This document shows positions 8,084 to 16,219 of a stretch of DNA of 31,817 bases, one piece after another. The stretch comes from a virus (Duplodnaviria > Caudoviricetes): positions 1 to 31,817 of the IMG/VR virus record IMGVR_UViG_3300017766_003182, one strand, 5' to 3'. The first letter of the stretch is position 1, and the number at the start of each line of letters is the position of its first letter. A program made the position numbers and the translations under genes. The notes below the pieces were generated by a model. The model searched no databases. It was not told where the DNA came from and was given only the letters and a program-made list of their open reading frames with translations.

Positions 8084-8844
8084 ACACAAAAGTAGTAGTC
8101 CCCTGGTACAACCCGAGACAGATAGCTGATTTCATGTCGGCGTGGAAAATCACAATGGATGATCCGCGCGTCGTATTCCAGCAAGACGTCAAGAGGGAAG
8201 GTTGTGCCACAACCAAAAACAAAGGCATCGGAGCGGCCGTGCTGCGCGGTGCTGATACCGTAATCATCCTCGACGACGACTGCTTTCCATACGTCCACGA
8301 CCTTCAATACTTCATCGATCTTCATGAAGCGGCTTTGCAACCTCAAGAGGTGGAAATGTTCGAAACGGTTACTAGCCCGGCGAGCCGAGGCACTCCGTAT
8401 TTCAGCAGGACCGTCAAAATGCCGGTAGCGGCTTCGATGGGATTTTGGACCAACATTGGAGACTACGATGCGCCGGGACAGTTGGTCCACGGAGCCACCC
8501 ACCCAATGGAGTTCAAACAGAAAGCAATCACGGGGAAATACTTTCCTCTGTGCGGGATGAACCTAGCTTTCCGGCTGGAAGAGTGGCCCTGGTGCAAGTT
8601 CATCGACGTCCCACGCTTCGATGACATCTGGCAAGGCTTCCTGTGGCAGAAGAAAGCCTACTCGGAAGGCAAGTGTTTCAATCTCGCTGGCCCGCTGGTG
8701 GAACACTCCCGTCAGAGCAATGTCTGGAAGAATCTGCGCGACGAAGCGCCGAACATGGAGCGCAACGAAACCTTGTGGCAGGATATTCATAACGCTCCGA
8801 TGGCAGACTATGAAATCTTGAAACAGAAAGTAGGCTTAAAATGA
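8080..8844 (+). CDS. Reversibly glycosylated polypeptide / UDP-arabinopyranose mutase-like protein (GT75)
   Basis: LDDDCF, RGTPYFSR, SMGFWTNIGDYDAPGQL, GKYFPLCGMNLAF, RFDDIWQG and HSRQSNVWKNL are colinear with plant RGP IDDDCF, RGYPFSLR, SHGLWLNIPDYDAPTQL, GTLFPMCGMNLAF, RYDDMWAG and HSKASNPFVNL (plant sequence recalled from memory). Confidence 0.88.
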   Translation: MNTKVVVPWYNPRQIADFMSAWKITMDDPRVVFQQDVKREGCATTKNKGIGAAVLRGADTVIILDDDCFPYVHDLQYFIDLHEAALQPQEVEMFETVTSPASRGTPYFSRTVKMPVAASMGFWTNIGDYDAPGQLVHGATHPMEFKQKAITGKYFPLCGMNLAFRLEEWPWCKFIDVPRFDDIWQGFLWQKKAYSEGKCFNLAGPLVEHSRQSNVWKNLRDEAPNMERNETLWQDIHNAPMADYEILKQKVGLK

Positions 8845-9095
8845 TCAAGAAGCCGCGCAGTCAATGGAAGCCACGCAGCCAGTGGAAGCGGAGAGCCCGC
8901 GGCCGCGTGTCAATCGAACTTCAAACCGGAACTGACGCTGAAGATAAACCGGAAACAGCGCTGTTCGTTTTCGAGCTGACCACTAAAGGCTTGACGGTCC
9001 GCAGGAAGCGGAGCCACCTGAAGAACGCCAAGCTGTGGACGTTCTACCAGCTGGCCGCCGGAGTTGGTCAAGGCGGTCAAATGAAGCTGCTGTGA
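8841..9095 (+). CDS. Small basic hypothetical protein
   Basis: ATGA overlap; N-terminal KPRSQW x2. Confidence 0.7.
   Translation: MIKKPRSQWKPRSQWKRRARGRVSIELQTGTDAEDKPETALFVFELTTKGLTVRRKRSHLKNAKLWTFYQLAAGVGQGGQMKLL
8850..8885 (+). repeat. Imperfect 18-bp tandem repeat (KPRSQW x2)
   Basis: aagccgcgcagtcaatgg / aagccacgcagccagtgg. Confidence 0.8.
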
Positions 9096-9334
9096 TTGAT
9101 TTCAAGCACGTAGTCAACAGAGCCATAGCAGCCGGGCTGGCAAAGCGCCACCAAGCTGATAAGGTTTCAACGAAAGTAAAATCGCGGCGTGAATACAAAA
9201 CCGAATGGCAGGCGGCGTGGCGGCGGAAGCAAGGCAAGCGATGCCACAAAGCCCACCCAAAGCTCGCCGGCCTGCCACGGAAGCAATACCGGGCGGCCTA
9301 TATGAGGATGATCAGAAAAGAATCGAAGCCATGA
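9092..9334 (+). CDS. Small basic hypothetical protein
   Basis: GTG start overlapping the upstream TGA; Arg/Lys-rich. Confidence 0.6.
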   Translation: MIDFKHVVNRAIAAGLAKRHQADKVSTKVKSRREYKTEWQAAWRRKQGKRCHKAHPKLAGLPRKQYRAAYMRMIRKESKP

Positions 9335-9726
9335 AAACATACCCACAAACTCCAGGCGCGAAAGGATCAGCGGAGACCGGCCGCCAGGCTGCCGAAGCTG
9401 TCACCAACAAAGCCGCCAAGCTCCGCCTTCAAATCGAAGACGCCTACCGAAACAGGCCGATGACCCCAGACGAGTGCGCCAGCGCCATAATGCCAGAAGG
9501 AATGGACGCTGTGGCCTTTGAGCAGTTCAAGCGAAGCGTGCGATCGCGCTGCTCGGAGCTGATTGCCCAAGGCAAGCTGGCGGACAGCCTTATGCGCAAG
9601 AAGAACGCCAGCGGCCACCCTGCTATGGTATTGTGGACGGTGGTGAAGGTTCCGGTGGTGACGATCGTCACGACAACCACCCAAACCACCGCAAGCACCA
9701 AGGCAGTCCAACAGGAACTGATATGA
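9331..9726 (+). CDS. Winged-helix-like DNA-binding protein
   Basis: PMTPDECA...SVRSRCSELIAQGKL..S..RKKNASGHPAMVLW. Confidence 0.65.
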   Translation: MKTYPQTPGAKGSAETGRQAAEAVTNKAAKLRLQIEDAYRNRPMTPDECASAIMPEGMDAVAFEQFKRSVRSRCSELIAQGKLADSLMRKKNASGHPAMVLWTVVKVPVVTIVTTTTQTTASTKAVQQELI

Positions 9727-10193
9727 CTAAAACCGCCGAGCGGGCCATAGCCAGCATGAGCGAAAGCACCCGACGTCTCAACCCGCACCTAAGTGGGGCC
9801 AAGACGTGGTCAGCCGGCACCAAGCCAACGGTGGAGATCCTCCGCACCGAATCAGCTGGAAACCGCCTCCGGCAGGACTCCAAGCCGCTGATGAATAAAC
9901 TCGAGTGCGATTGGTTTAGTTACCTCAACGCCATGTTCGGTGGCAAGGAGAAGACTTTGCGAGCTCAAGCCAAGCGTTACAAACTGGCCAACGGTGCATG
10001 GTACAAACCCGACATCACTGCCACCATCAACGGGCGCGAAACGGCTTGGGAGTGCAAAGGCCCAAAGCAGATGAAGAGTATGGCCAGAGCTATGCTTGTC
10101 ATCAAGGTGGCCGCTGCGCAGTGGCCGGAGGTCAACTTCGTGCTCGTGTGGCGCGAAGGTGGACGCTGGTTCAAACAGGAGGTGTTGCCGTGA
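9723..10193 (+). CDS. PD-(D/E)xK nuclease-like protein (DUF1064-like)
   Basis: MNKLE...KLANGAWYKPDI...AWECKG...IKVAAAQWP. Confidence 0.75.
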   Translation: MTKTAERAIASMSESTRRLNPHLSGAKTWSAGTKPTVEILRTESAGNRLRQDSKPLMNKLECDWFSYLNAMFGGKEKTLRAQAKRYKLANGAWYKPDITATINGRETAWECKGPKQMKSMARAMLVIKVAAAQWPEVNFVLVWREGGRWFKQEVLP

Positions 10194-10441
10194 GTGCCAC
10201 ACCGCTGACGGACGAAATAGTCAAGTATTTGGATTGTCAATTTCCGGCCACGGTCGGCCACATCCCAATCAGAGAAAAGATAGGCTTGATCGAAATTAGG
10301 CTGGCACGACTGGAGGCCGCTGCGCAGGCCCTTGTTGACGAAGACGTGATGGCCATTGTTCAACTCAAAGACAACTATGGAATAATTCAAGAGCTGCCGG
10401 CGACCACAAAGGCGCTGGCCGATGCTCTTAAGTCGGAATAA
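10190..10441 (+). CDS. Hypothetical protein
   Basis: GTG start overlapping the upstream stop. Confidence 0.6.
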   Translation: MSATPLTDEIVKYLDCQFPATVGHIPIREKIGLIEIRLARLEAAAQALVDEDVMAIVQLKDNYGIIQELPATTKALADALKSE

Positions 10442-10446
10442 AAAAT

Positions 10447-10659
10447 ATGACTGCAACTCAATACCGTAGAGAACGCCGTGCCCGAGGCACTATCCCAGAC
10501 ATTGCCGCCCTCGTCGGCGTCCACGTCACCACCATCAACAAACGGGAGCGGGGCGAGATCCCAGTCAACAAACAAGCCGAGCTGCTACTGATGAGCCTGC
10601 CCAAGCTGCCGAAGCCGGTAGTGGACGCCAAGCCCGGTCGCCCAAAGAGCAAAGGCTGA
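10447..10659 (+). CDS. XRE/Cro-like HTH protein
   Basis: TIPDIAALVGVHVTTINKRERGEIP. Confidence 0.8.
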   Translation: MTATQYRRERRARGTIPDIAALVGVHVTTINKRERGEIPVNKQAELLLMSLPKLPKPVVDAKPGRPKSKG

Positions 10660-10662
10660 CCA

Positions 10663-11334
10663 ATGAGCGTAAAATCAAAACTGCAATCAATAGCCGCCAA
10701 GCTGTTGCCGGCCCGCTACTACTGCGAGGACGCGCTGCTGACTGGCCACACCTTTGTCAAGCCGGAATACTTCGACGCCAGCTACCAGCGCGGGCTCAGA
10801 GCAACCAACGGAAGAGACTCCCGCAACCGCTGGCGCGTAGCGGTAGCGATCTGGGCGGCCAAGCAAGCTCTCCGTTCAAACGGATGCTTTGTGGAACTGG
10901 GCGTGAACTACGGATTCACGTCATCAGCCGTCCTGCACAACTTGACAGCATTGAATCGGCGGCGGCGCTTCATCTTGATTGACAGCTTTGAAGGCGTGGA
11001 GGGCAAAAGGTTCGACTCGAACTACAACCACTCATACGAAAGTGTTGTGGCCAACTTCAAGGAGTGGCCGCATGCAGAAGTTTACAAAGGCTGGTTGCCC
11101 AAAGTGCTGCCGTCAATTCCGTTCGGCACCATCGCCTATCTGCACATTGATCTTAACTCCGCCCGGCACGAAGTTGAGTCATTCCAATTCCTGCAGTCAA
11201 TGCTGACCAAAGGTTCAGTCGTGTTGCTGGACGATTACTGCTACTCAGGATTCACTAAAACTCAAAAGGCGTGGGACGCGCTGGGGCTGAACATCCTCGC
11301 GCTGCCCACCGGACAAGGACTAATCATCGTATGA
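10663..11334 (+). CDS. TylF/MycF (macrocin O-methyltransferase)-family SAM methyltransferase
   Basis: FVELGVNYG, IDSFEG, VYKGW, IAYLHIDLN, GSVVLLDDY, LPTGQG. Confidence 0.85.
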   Translation: MSVKSKLQSIAAKLLPARYYCEDALLTGHTFVKPEYFDASYQRGLRATNGRDSRNRWRVAVAIWAAKQALRSNGCFVELGVNYGFTSSAVLHNLTALNRRRRFILIDSFEGVEGKRFDSNYNHSYESVVANFKEWPHAEVYKGWLPKVLPSIPFGTIAYLHIDLNSARHEVESFQFLQSMLTKGSVVLLDDYCYSGFTKTQKAWDALGLNILALPTGQGLIIV

Positions 11335-11873
11335 AATGGTCAAACTATTACCCGCACTTTCTGAGGCACATCCCCAACGACGCCAAGAGGATCTTGGAGG
11401 TCGGCATCTGGAAAGGCGACGGGCTGCGGTGGCTGGCGGCCAACTACCCACAAGCCCACTTGATTGGGATGGACATCAACACCAGCCCCTGCACGTTCCG
11501 CAGTGCCGAGCTGATTGAGTGCAACGCCGCGCGCATCTACCCGGAAGTCAAAGAGCGACTCACCAACCTCGACGTCATCATCGACGACGGCGGCCACCGT
11601 CCATACCAGCAGGCCGCCACGTTCAAAGCCTTATGGCCGCTGCTGAATGCCGGCGGAGTCTACATCATTGAGGACATGCACCTGTGCCAGCGCTGGCATT
11701 GGCGGATGTATTCCAAGCTGTTCGGAATCCACCCACTGCTCCGGCGGATGATTGCTGCGCAATCGAAGTGGGAAGGGCCAGAGACCACAACGGTCCGGGG
11801 GCCGCTGGCAATCCACTTCTTCCCGCAGCTGGTCATCATCGAGAAGGGCATCCAGCAGATTTACATGTTATGA
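11331..11873 (+). CDS. Class I SAM methyltransferase, MycE/TylE-like catalytic domain
   Basis: ILEVGIWKGDGLRW, GMDI, DVIIDDGGH, LWPLLNAGGVYIIED. Confidence 0.82.
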   Translation: MKWSNYYPHFLRHIPNDAKRILEVGIWKGDGLRWLAANYPQAHLIGMDINTSPCTFRSAELIECNAARIYPEVKERLTNLDVIIDDGGHRPYQQAATFKALWPLLNAGGVYIIEDMHLCQRWHWRMYSKLFGIHPLLRRMIAAQSKWEGPETTTVRGPLAIHFFPQLVIIEKGIQQIYML

Positions 11874-12142
11874 TCCCCGGCGTGGAAATCATCACCTGCC
11901 CACAGCTGCCACTGGCCACCCCGGTGGCGCGGTTGCACCTTGCGGCGCTGGCTCACGACCGGCTGCACGGCATCAAGGCCACCAAGGTGTTTCTCGGTCC
12001 AGACATCCGGGCAGAGCTGGAAAGCGACCAAGTCTTGCTGATGATGCTCAACGTCAAAACTAAGGAAGAAGCCAAGAGACCAAACACCCTGTTCGGGATG
12101 CGGCTGCTGCCCCAGACCGAGCCCGGAATAACCATCCAATGA
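11870..12142 (+). CDS. Hypothetical protein
   Basis: ATGA overlaps on both sides. Confidence 0.65.
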   Translation: MIPGVEIITCPQLPLATPVARLHLAALAHDRLHGIKATKVFLGPDIRAELESDQVLLMMLNVKTKEEAKRPNTLFGMRLLPQTEPGITIQ

Positions 12143-12387
12143 AAATCATATCATCAATCGTCACCACTGCGATCCTGCTGCTGATCGCGCTCGTCATCAT
12201 CCTGGCTTTGGCCGGGTGCTGCCCAACGGTGAGTGGGAAACCAGTCAGCGAACAATCCATAACCGAAATCAGTGACAGCAACGGTAACGGCGTGTCCGTA
12301 TTTGTGGTGGACAAAGACGGCCACAAGCTGGCGGTGGTCGTCGGCTACCGCTGTGTGGCGGTCGTGGAGTTAATCCCAAACAAATAA
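12139..12387 (+). CDS. Putative lipoprotein
   Basis: MK plus long hydrophobic stretch and lipobox LAGC. Confidence 0.65.
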   Translation: MKIISSIVTTAILLLIALVIILALAGCCPTVSGKPVSEQSITEISDSNGNGVSVFVVDKDGHKLAVVVGYRCVAVVELIPNK

Positions 12388-12391
12388 AGCC

Positions 12392-12577
12392 ATGAGAAAC
12401 ATCATCCTCGGAATCATCATCGCGCTTGCCAGCCTCTGGGTCGGTTCGTGGGGCATGCACACTTTGCCGGAGCATTTCCACTTTGCTTGCTGGGTCACCT
12501 CGCTGCTCAGCTTCATGGGAGGAGTGGTGCTGGCGATGTGGAAGCTGATCAACGAAGTCAACGACTCCATGAAATGA
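12392..12577 (+). CDS. Small two-TM membrane protein
   Basis: Two hydrophobic segments. Confidence 0.65.
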   Translation: MRNIILGIIIALASLWVGSWGMHTLPEHFHFACWVTSLLSFMGGVVLAMWKLINEVNDSMK

Positions 12578-12798
12578 GAACCAACCATCCAATGAAAACT
12601 AAAACCAAAGGATGGTGGGAAGAATATCGGTGCGGATGCGTCAGCCAGACTGTCGCTCGAAAGAAAGACCTTCTGGGATACTGCGGCACACATGGCGAGA
12701 ACCGCAGGCAAGTGTTTCCACACGCGCCTTTTGCCACCAACGCCATCAGCGCTGGCCAGAGCAGTCCAAGCAGGGAGTCACCAAAGGAACAATCATGA
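12574..12798 (+). CDS. Small Cys/His hypothetical protein
   Basis: YRCGCVS...LLGYCGTHG; overlaps both neighbours. Confidence 0.6.
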   Translation: MRTNHPMKTKTKGWWEEYRCGCVSQTVARKKDLLGYCGTHGENRRQVFPHAPFATNAISAGQSSPSRESPKEQS

Positions 12799-13073
12799 TC
12801 AACTTCAGCTCCATCCAATACGCCAAGCTAGGCAGCGAACAAACCGCCACCCTCACGATCAGTGCCGGCGTGACGGTAGATCCTCGGTGGCAGCAGTCTG
12901 AAAAGGCCAAAGTCCAAGAGGAGCTGAAGCAAGCGATCCGCCACCACATCTACGGAGACCTCATCGGACCGCTGGCGGAGCTGGCGGACATCGCCCAAAA
13001 AGCTTATAGCTACGCCGAAGCGAAGAAGGCAGCAGAGCTCTACGACAAGATCCGAGCAATCATCAACTCATAA
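12795..13073 (+). CDS. Hypothetical protein
   Basis: AAAGGAAC upstream; ATGA overlap. Confidence 0.7.
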   Translation: MINFSSIQYAKLGSEQTATLTISAGVTVDPRWQQSEKAKVQEELKQAIRHHIYGDLIGPLAELADIAQKAYSYAEAKKAAELYDKIRAIINS

Positions 13074-13078
13074 ACACC

Positions 13079-13360
13079 ATGGCAAAAAAGAAATCCAAAT
13101 CCAAGAGCCCGTTCGTCATCATTGCCCACATCAGCGAGGACCGGGTAGGCCAGCTGGTGAACGACATGGCGGAGAACATCCCCAGCGGCTCAGTAAAGGA
13201 GTGGCGGGCAGTAGCGCGATTCTTCCAAGACCGGTATCGCTCTGAAGTCAACCGGACCGCCAACTTGCGGCTGTCGCTAGCCGCGCTGAGTATAGCCGAC
13301 GAGATGCGGGCCGTAGCCCTGCCAGAGATCAAGCAATGGTTGAAGAACTGCCCACGATGA
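13079..13360 (+). CDS. Hypothetical protein
   Basis: Tiles the operon. Confidence 0.7.
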   Translation: MAKKKSKSKSPFVIIAHISEDRVGQLVNDMAENIPSGSVKEWRAVARFFQDRYRSEVNRTANLRLSLAALSIADEMRAVALPEIKQWLKNCPR

Positions 13361-13809
13361 GCACCCCAAAGCAGCCACCAAGCAACGGCAGCCCGCCGCC
13401 AACCAACGGGAAACCAGCGGAGAAACCAGCCATCCCCACGATCAACGGCAACGTTGAAGTTGTTGGAGGCAATGGAAAGCTCCTCGGCGGAATCACCGGC
13501 AAAGGCTTCCGGCCCGGACAAAGCGGCAACCCGTCAGGGAAGAACGCCAAGCACCAAACCCAGTTCGGCGAGCTGCTGCGCGACTGGCTGTCCAAGAAGG
13601 AGTGGGTCAAAGATCTCCAGACCGGCAAGCGCAAGGGCCGCGCCAAGGAGATGCGCTTGATGACGATTGTCAAGCAGCTGGCCGCCGAGAAGCCGGAAGT
13701 CCTGCTGCACTACGCTTTCGGCAAGCCCGTTGAAATGCACCAGGTCGAAGCGGCCGAAGGAACCGACATTGAGTTCATCGTGCGGGTGCACGGAAAGGAC
13801 ATCCCGTGA
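13357..13809 (+). CDS. Probable terminase small subunit (DUF5681-like)
   Basis: GFRPGQSGNPSG motif, LLHYAFGKP, C-terminal IEFIVRV strand; upstream of TerL. Confidence 0.7.
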   Translation: MSTPKQPPSNGSPPPTNGKPAEKPAIPTINGNVEVVGGNGKLLGGITGKGFRPGQSGNPSGKNAKHQTQFGELLRDWLSKKEWVKDLQTGKRKGRAKEMRLMTIVKQLAAEKPEVLLHYAFGKPVEMHQVEAAEGTDIEFIVRVHGKDIP

Positions 13810-13988
13810 CGCTCACCCGACCCAAAATCGAAGTGCCGCCCGTCGGCGAGAAGGACTGCCTGTGCGGCCGCCCAGGCGTCGTGTTCAAGCGAAGGGAATG
13901 GGTCTGCGCTACCTGCTCGGCGCTGGAGACCCAGGCCGCCGGCTTCCAGCGCCGCAAAGCCATGACCGGACGGAGGGAGAAACCATGA
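13806..13988 (+). CDS. Small Zn-ribbon protein
   Basis: CLCGRP...WVCATC. Confidence 0.6.
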   Translation: MTLTRPKIEVPPVGEKDCLCGRPGVVFKRREWVCATCSALETQAAGFQRRKAMTGRREKP

Positions 13989-14500
13989 TCTTTTGCACCA
14001 ATTGCGGTTCCCAGAACCACGCCACGTCGGACTGCAGCAAGCCAAAGCCGGCCGTGCCGTTCACGCCACCTGCCCCACAGGCTGCTCGGAGCGACCCGCG
14101 GCCGTTACCACCGCCCCCCGTGGCCAAGAATCCAACCTACACCCCGCCCTGCGCGACGGCGGAAGTCTATTGCACGGCCACCCGGCTGCCGTCGTTCAAG
14201 ACCGAGAAAGCTGCGAAAGCGTATGAATCCGACTATTGCCCAGAAATTGGGCTAGGGCTGGCGGCCTGCCCAGACTGTAGCGGGTTCCACTTGGTCCACA
14301 AGCCGGCGGAAGTGATCAAGAACGAAACCGGGTGGCGCCAGCCGAAAGCACCGTTCCTGAGGGCGTCCACGGTCAAGGATATTGCTAGCCGCCAGCGGGA
14401 AGCTGAGGACCGTCTAACCAAGTCCAAAGAGCCGAAGCCAGAGCGCCGCGTGGCGTTGCCGAAGCGGAAGCCGGATACCGCCCCATCACTGTTTAACTGA
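13985..14500 (+). CDS. Protein with CCHC zinc knuckle, Pro-rich linker and second Zn site
   Basis: CTNCGSQNHATSDC = C-x2-C-x4-H-x4-C; later CPDCSGFH. Confidence 0.7.
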   Translation: MIFCTNCGSQNHATSDCSKPKPAVPFTPPAPQAARSDPRPLPPPPVAKNPTYTPPCATAEVYCTATRLPSFKTEKAAKAYESDYCPEIGLGLAACPDCSGFHLVHKPAEVIKNETGWRQPKAPFLRASTVKDIASRQREAEDRLTKSKEPKPERRVALPKRKPDTAPSLFN

Positions 14501-14501
14501 A

Positions 14502-15083
14502 ATGAAAACAAACCACCCCAAAGACGCCGACGGCAAAGAGATCCACGTCGGCACTGTTTTGCGTCAAATCCACGACGGCGATCGCGGCGTGGTCGTCCGA
14601 ATAGTCAAAGCCGGCGACAAAGGCCACCCCGGGCTCGACTGCGTTGGAGACCTCAACATCTCCAGCGGCCCAGGCCGCACTCGCGTCACTAACAGGTATT
14701 CCGAGTGGAAGCGGATACCGGAAGCCGAGCAGACCTACCTCGAGCGGTTCACCAGTTGGCAGCACAGTGATTCATTTTACGAACCGGAATACACTCAACG
14801 TTCCAAAGACGAATACGAAGCGGTGCGCGGCATCCTCGCCCTGCTGCCGCCGGGAATAGTGGACTACGACTACCACAACCCGTCCACCACCTGTGAGGCT
14901 CTTTACATCATGGCGCAACACCTCGAAGCGCTGGAAGTGATCCGCCGCCACATGGAAGCAGCCCAGCCGTTCCTCGGCGCAGCGTTGCTGGCGCAGGAGC
15001 AGCTCGAGGCGCTGATGAAACCAGAGGTGCGGGCGTTCCGCCAGTGGTGCGCGGAGCAGGCTTGCCAGCAACCGAAGGCGTGA
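14502..15083 (+). CDS. Hypothetical protein (YopX-like N-terminal motif)
   Basis: KDADGKEIHVGTVL. Confidence 0.7.
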   Translation: MKTNHPKDADGKEIHVGTVLRQIHDGDRGVVVRIVKAGDKGHPGLDCVGDLNISSGPGRTRVTNRYSEWKRIPEAEQTYLERFTSWQHSDSFYEPEYTQRSKDEYEAVRGILALLPPGIVDYDYHNPSTTCEALYIMAQHLEALEVIRRHMEAAQPFLGAALLAQEQLEALMKPEVRAFRQWCAEQACQQPKA

Positions 15084-15307
15084 TAAAGTCCTTGAACATA
15101 AACCTTTCCACCCGCCAACGCGAAGCTGTTGTCCTCATCGCTTCCGAGTACTCGTTCAAGCGGGCGGCGGAGCTGCTGGGCATCAGCCGCCGCACCTTTG
15201 AAAAGCATTTGGTGGAGGCAAAGAAGAAGCTAGGGTTGCGTGACCGGGTGCAGATCACCCGCTACGCGCTGGCGAACAATCTGATCAACAACCGATTCAA
15301 AGTATGA
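15080..15307 (+). CDS. LuxR-type HTH protein
   Basis: LSTRQREAVVLIA..YSFKRAAELLGISRRTFEKHL...KKKLGLRDRVQITRYA. Confidence 0.85.
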   Translation: MIKSLNINLSTRQREAVVLIASEYSFKRAAELLGISRRTFEKHLVEAKKKLGLRDRVQITRYALANNLINNRFKV

Positions 15308-15624
15308 GACCATTCCCCATCATTGACACGCCGCGCGACAACCGGCTGCCCAGTATCCCGTGGGAGCTAATCGCCCCACACGAAGCACAAGCCCAACGCA
15401 ACCACGGCGGCCAGACATTGCAGCGGCTGGCGGAACGCGGCGGCTTGTGCCCGCTGGAAGCGGTGGCGGTGTTGAAGGACATGGACTACCGCGATCGGTG
15501 GCCGCATTGCCCGCACGGCACCAGAGCGGAGCGGGACAGCCGCGTCACCGAAGCCATTGCAGAGTTGCGGGTGATGGTGGAGAAGCAGCCGCCGCAGCCA
15601 GCGCCGGAAGGACAGTGGCTATGA
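15304..15624 (+). CDS. Conserved phage hypothetical protein
   Basis: IPWELIAPHEAQAQRNHGGQTLQRLAERGGL. Confidence 0.75.
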   Translation: MRPFPIIDTPRDNRLPSIPWELIAPHEAQAQRNHGGQTLQRLAERGGLCPLEAVAVLKDMDYRDRWPHCPHGTRAERDSRVTEAIAELRVMVEKQPPQPAPEGQWL

Positions 15625-15977
15625 AAACAAAATGCCGCCAGTGCGGACTCGAAGTGCTCATCGGGCTGGATGGGTTGTGCGCTGATTGCGTCAGCCTGAG
15701 GGACAAGCCCGACGGCGTGTCGAAGATGACCAGCTTGGGCGGCGTGCCGTTCAAGGACATGAAGCAGCTCGACGAGCCCGAACGCTTCAAGCTCATCGCA
15801 GACTTCCTGCTCAACAACCCCGGGCAGATCATCCAGGTGTATGTGGAGAATACCGGGGCCAACAAAGGCAAAGGCGACCGCTACATCGCTGGCGTCCTGG
15901 CGCTGGTGCCGCTGGCGTCGGTCCGCCGCGCGGCTGGGGTGGTGCCGAGAACCGAAACGCTGATATTCAGACTATGA
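15621..15977 (+). CDS. Hypothetical protein with N-terminal Zn ribbon
   Basis: CRQC...LCADC; ATGA overlaps. Confidence 0.7.
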   Translation: MKTKCRQCGLEVLIGLDGLCADCVSLRDKPDGVSKMTSLGGVPFKDMKQLDEPERFKLIADFLLNNPGQIIQVYVENTGANKGKGDRYIAGVLALVPLASVRRAAGVVPRTETLIFRL

Positions 15978-16219
15978 AACCAAAGCAGCAGATCGAAGCT
16001 TTGCTAGAGCTTGGAATCGTATTGGATTCTGATGGCGTCACCTACAATTCAATCATTCCGTTAATACAGAAACAACCTTTTGATACAAAAGCAGCCGTCT
16101 ACGATTTCTTCACCGCCGAAGACGCGGGGTGGACGACGTGCGCCGTTGCTATGCTTGACGCAACTCCTGTCAAGCTTAGCGAAGCTTTGCTCCGCGCAGC
16201 TGGAAAGTGGATTGAATGA
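15974..16219 (+). CDS. Hypothetical protein
   Basis: ATGA overlaps; AT-richer than its neighbours. Confidence 0.65.
   Translation: MKPKQQIEALLELGIVLDSDGVTYNSIIPLIQKQPFDTKAAVYDFFTAEDAGWTTCAVAMLDATPVKLSEALLRAAGKWIE

Noticed and set aside
10663-11873. Methyltransferases as DNA base methyltransferases
   Set aside because: No DPPY/NPPY or PCQ catalytic motifs; motifs match sugar/small-molecule O-methyltransferases
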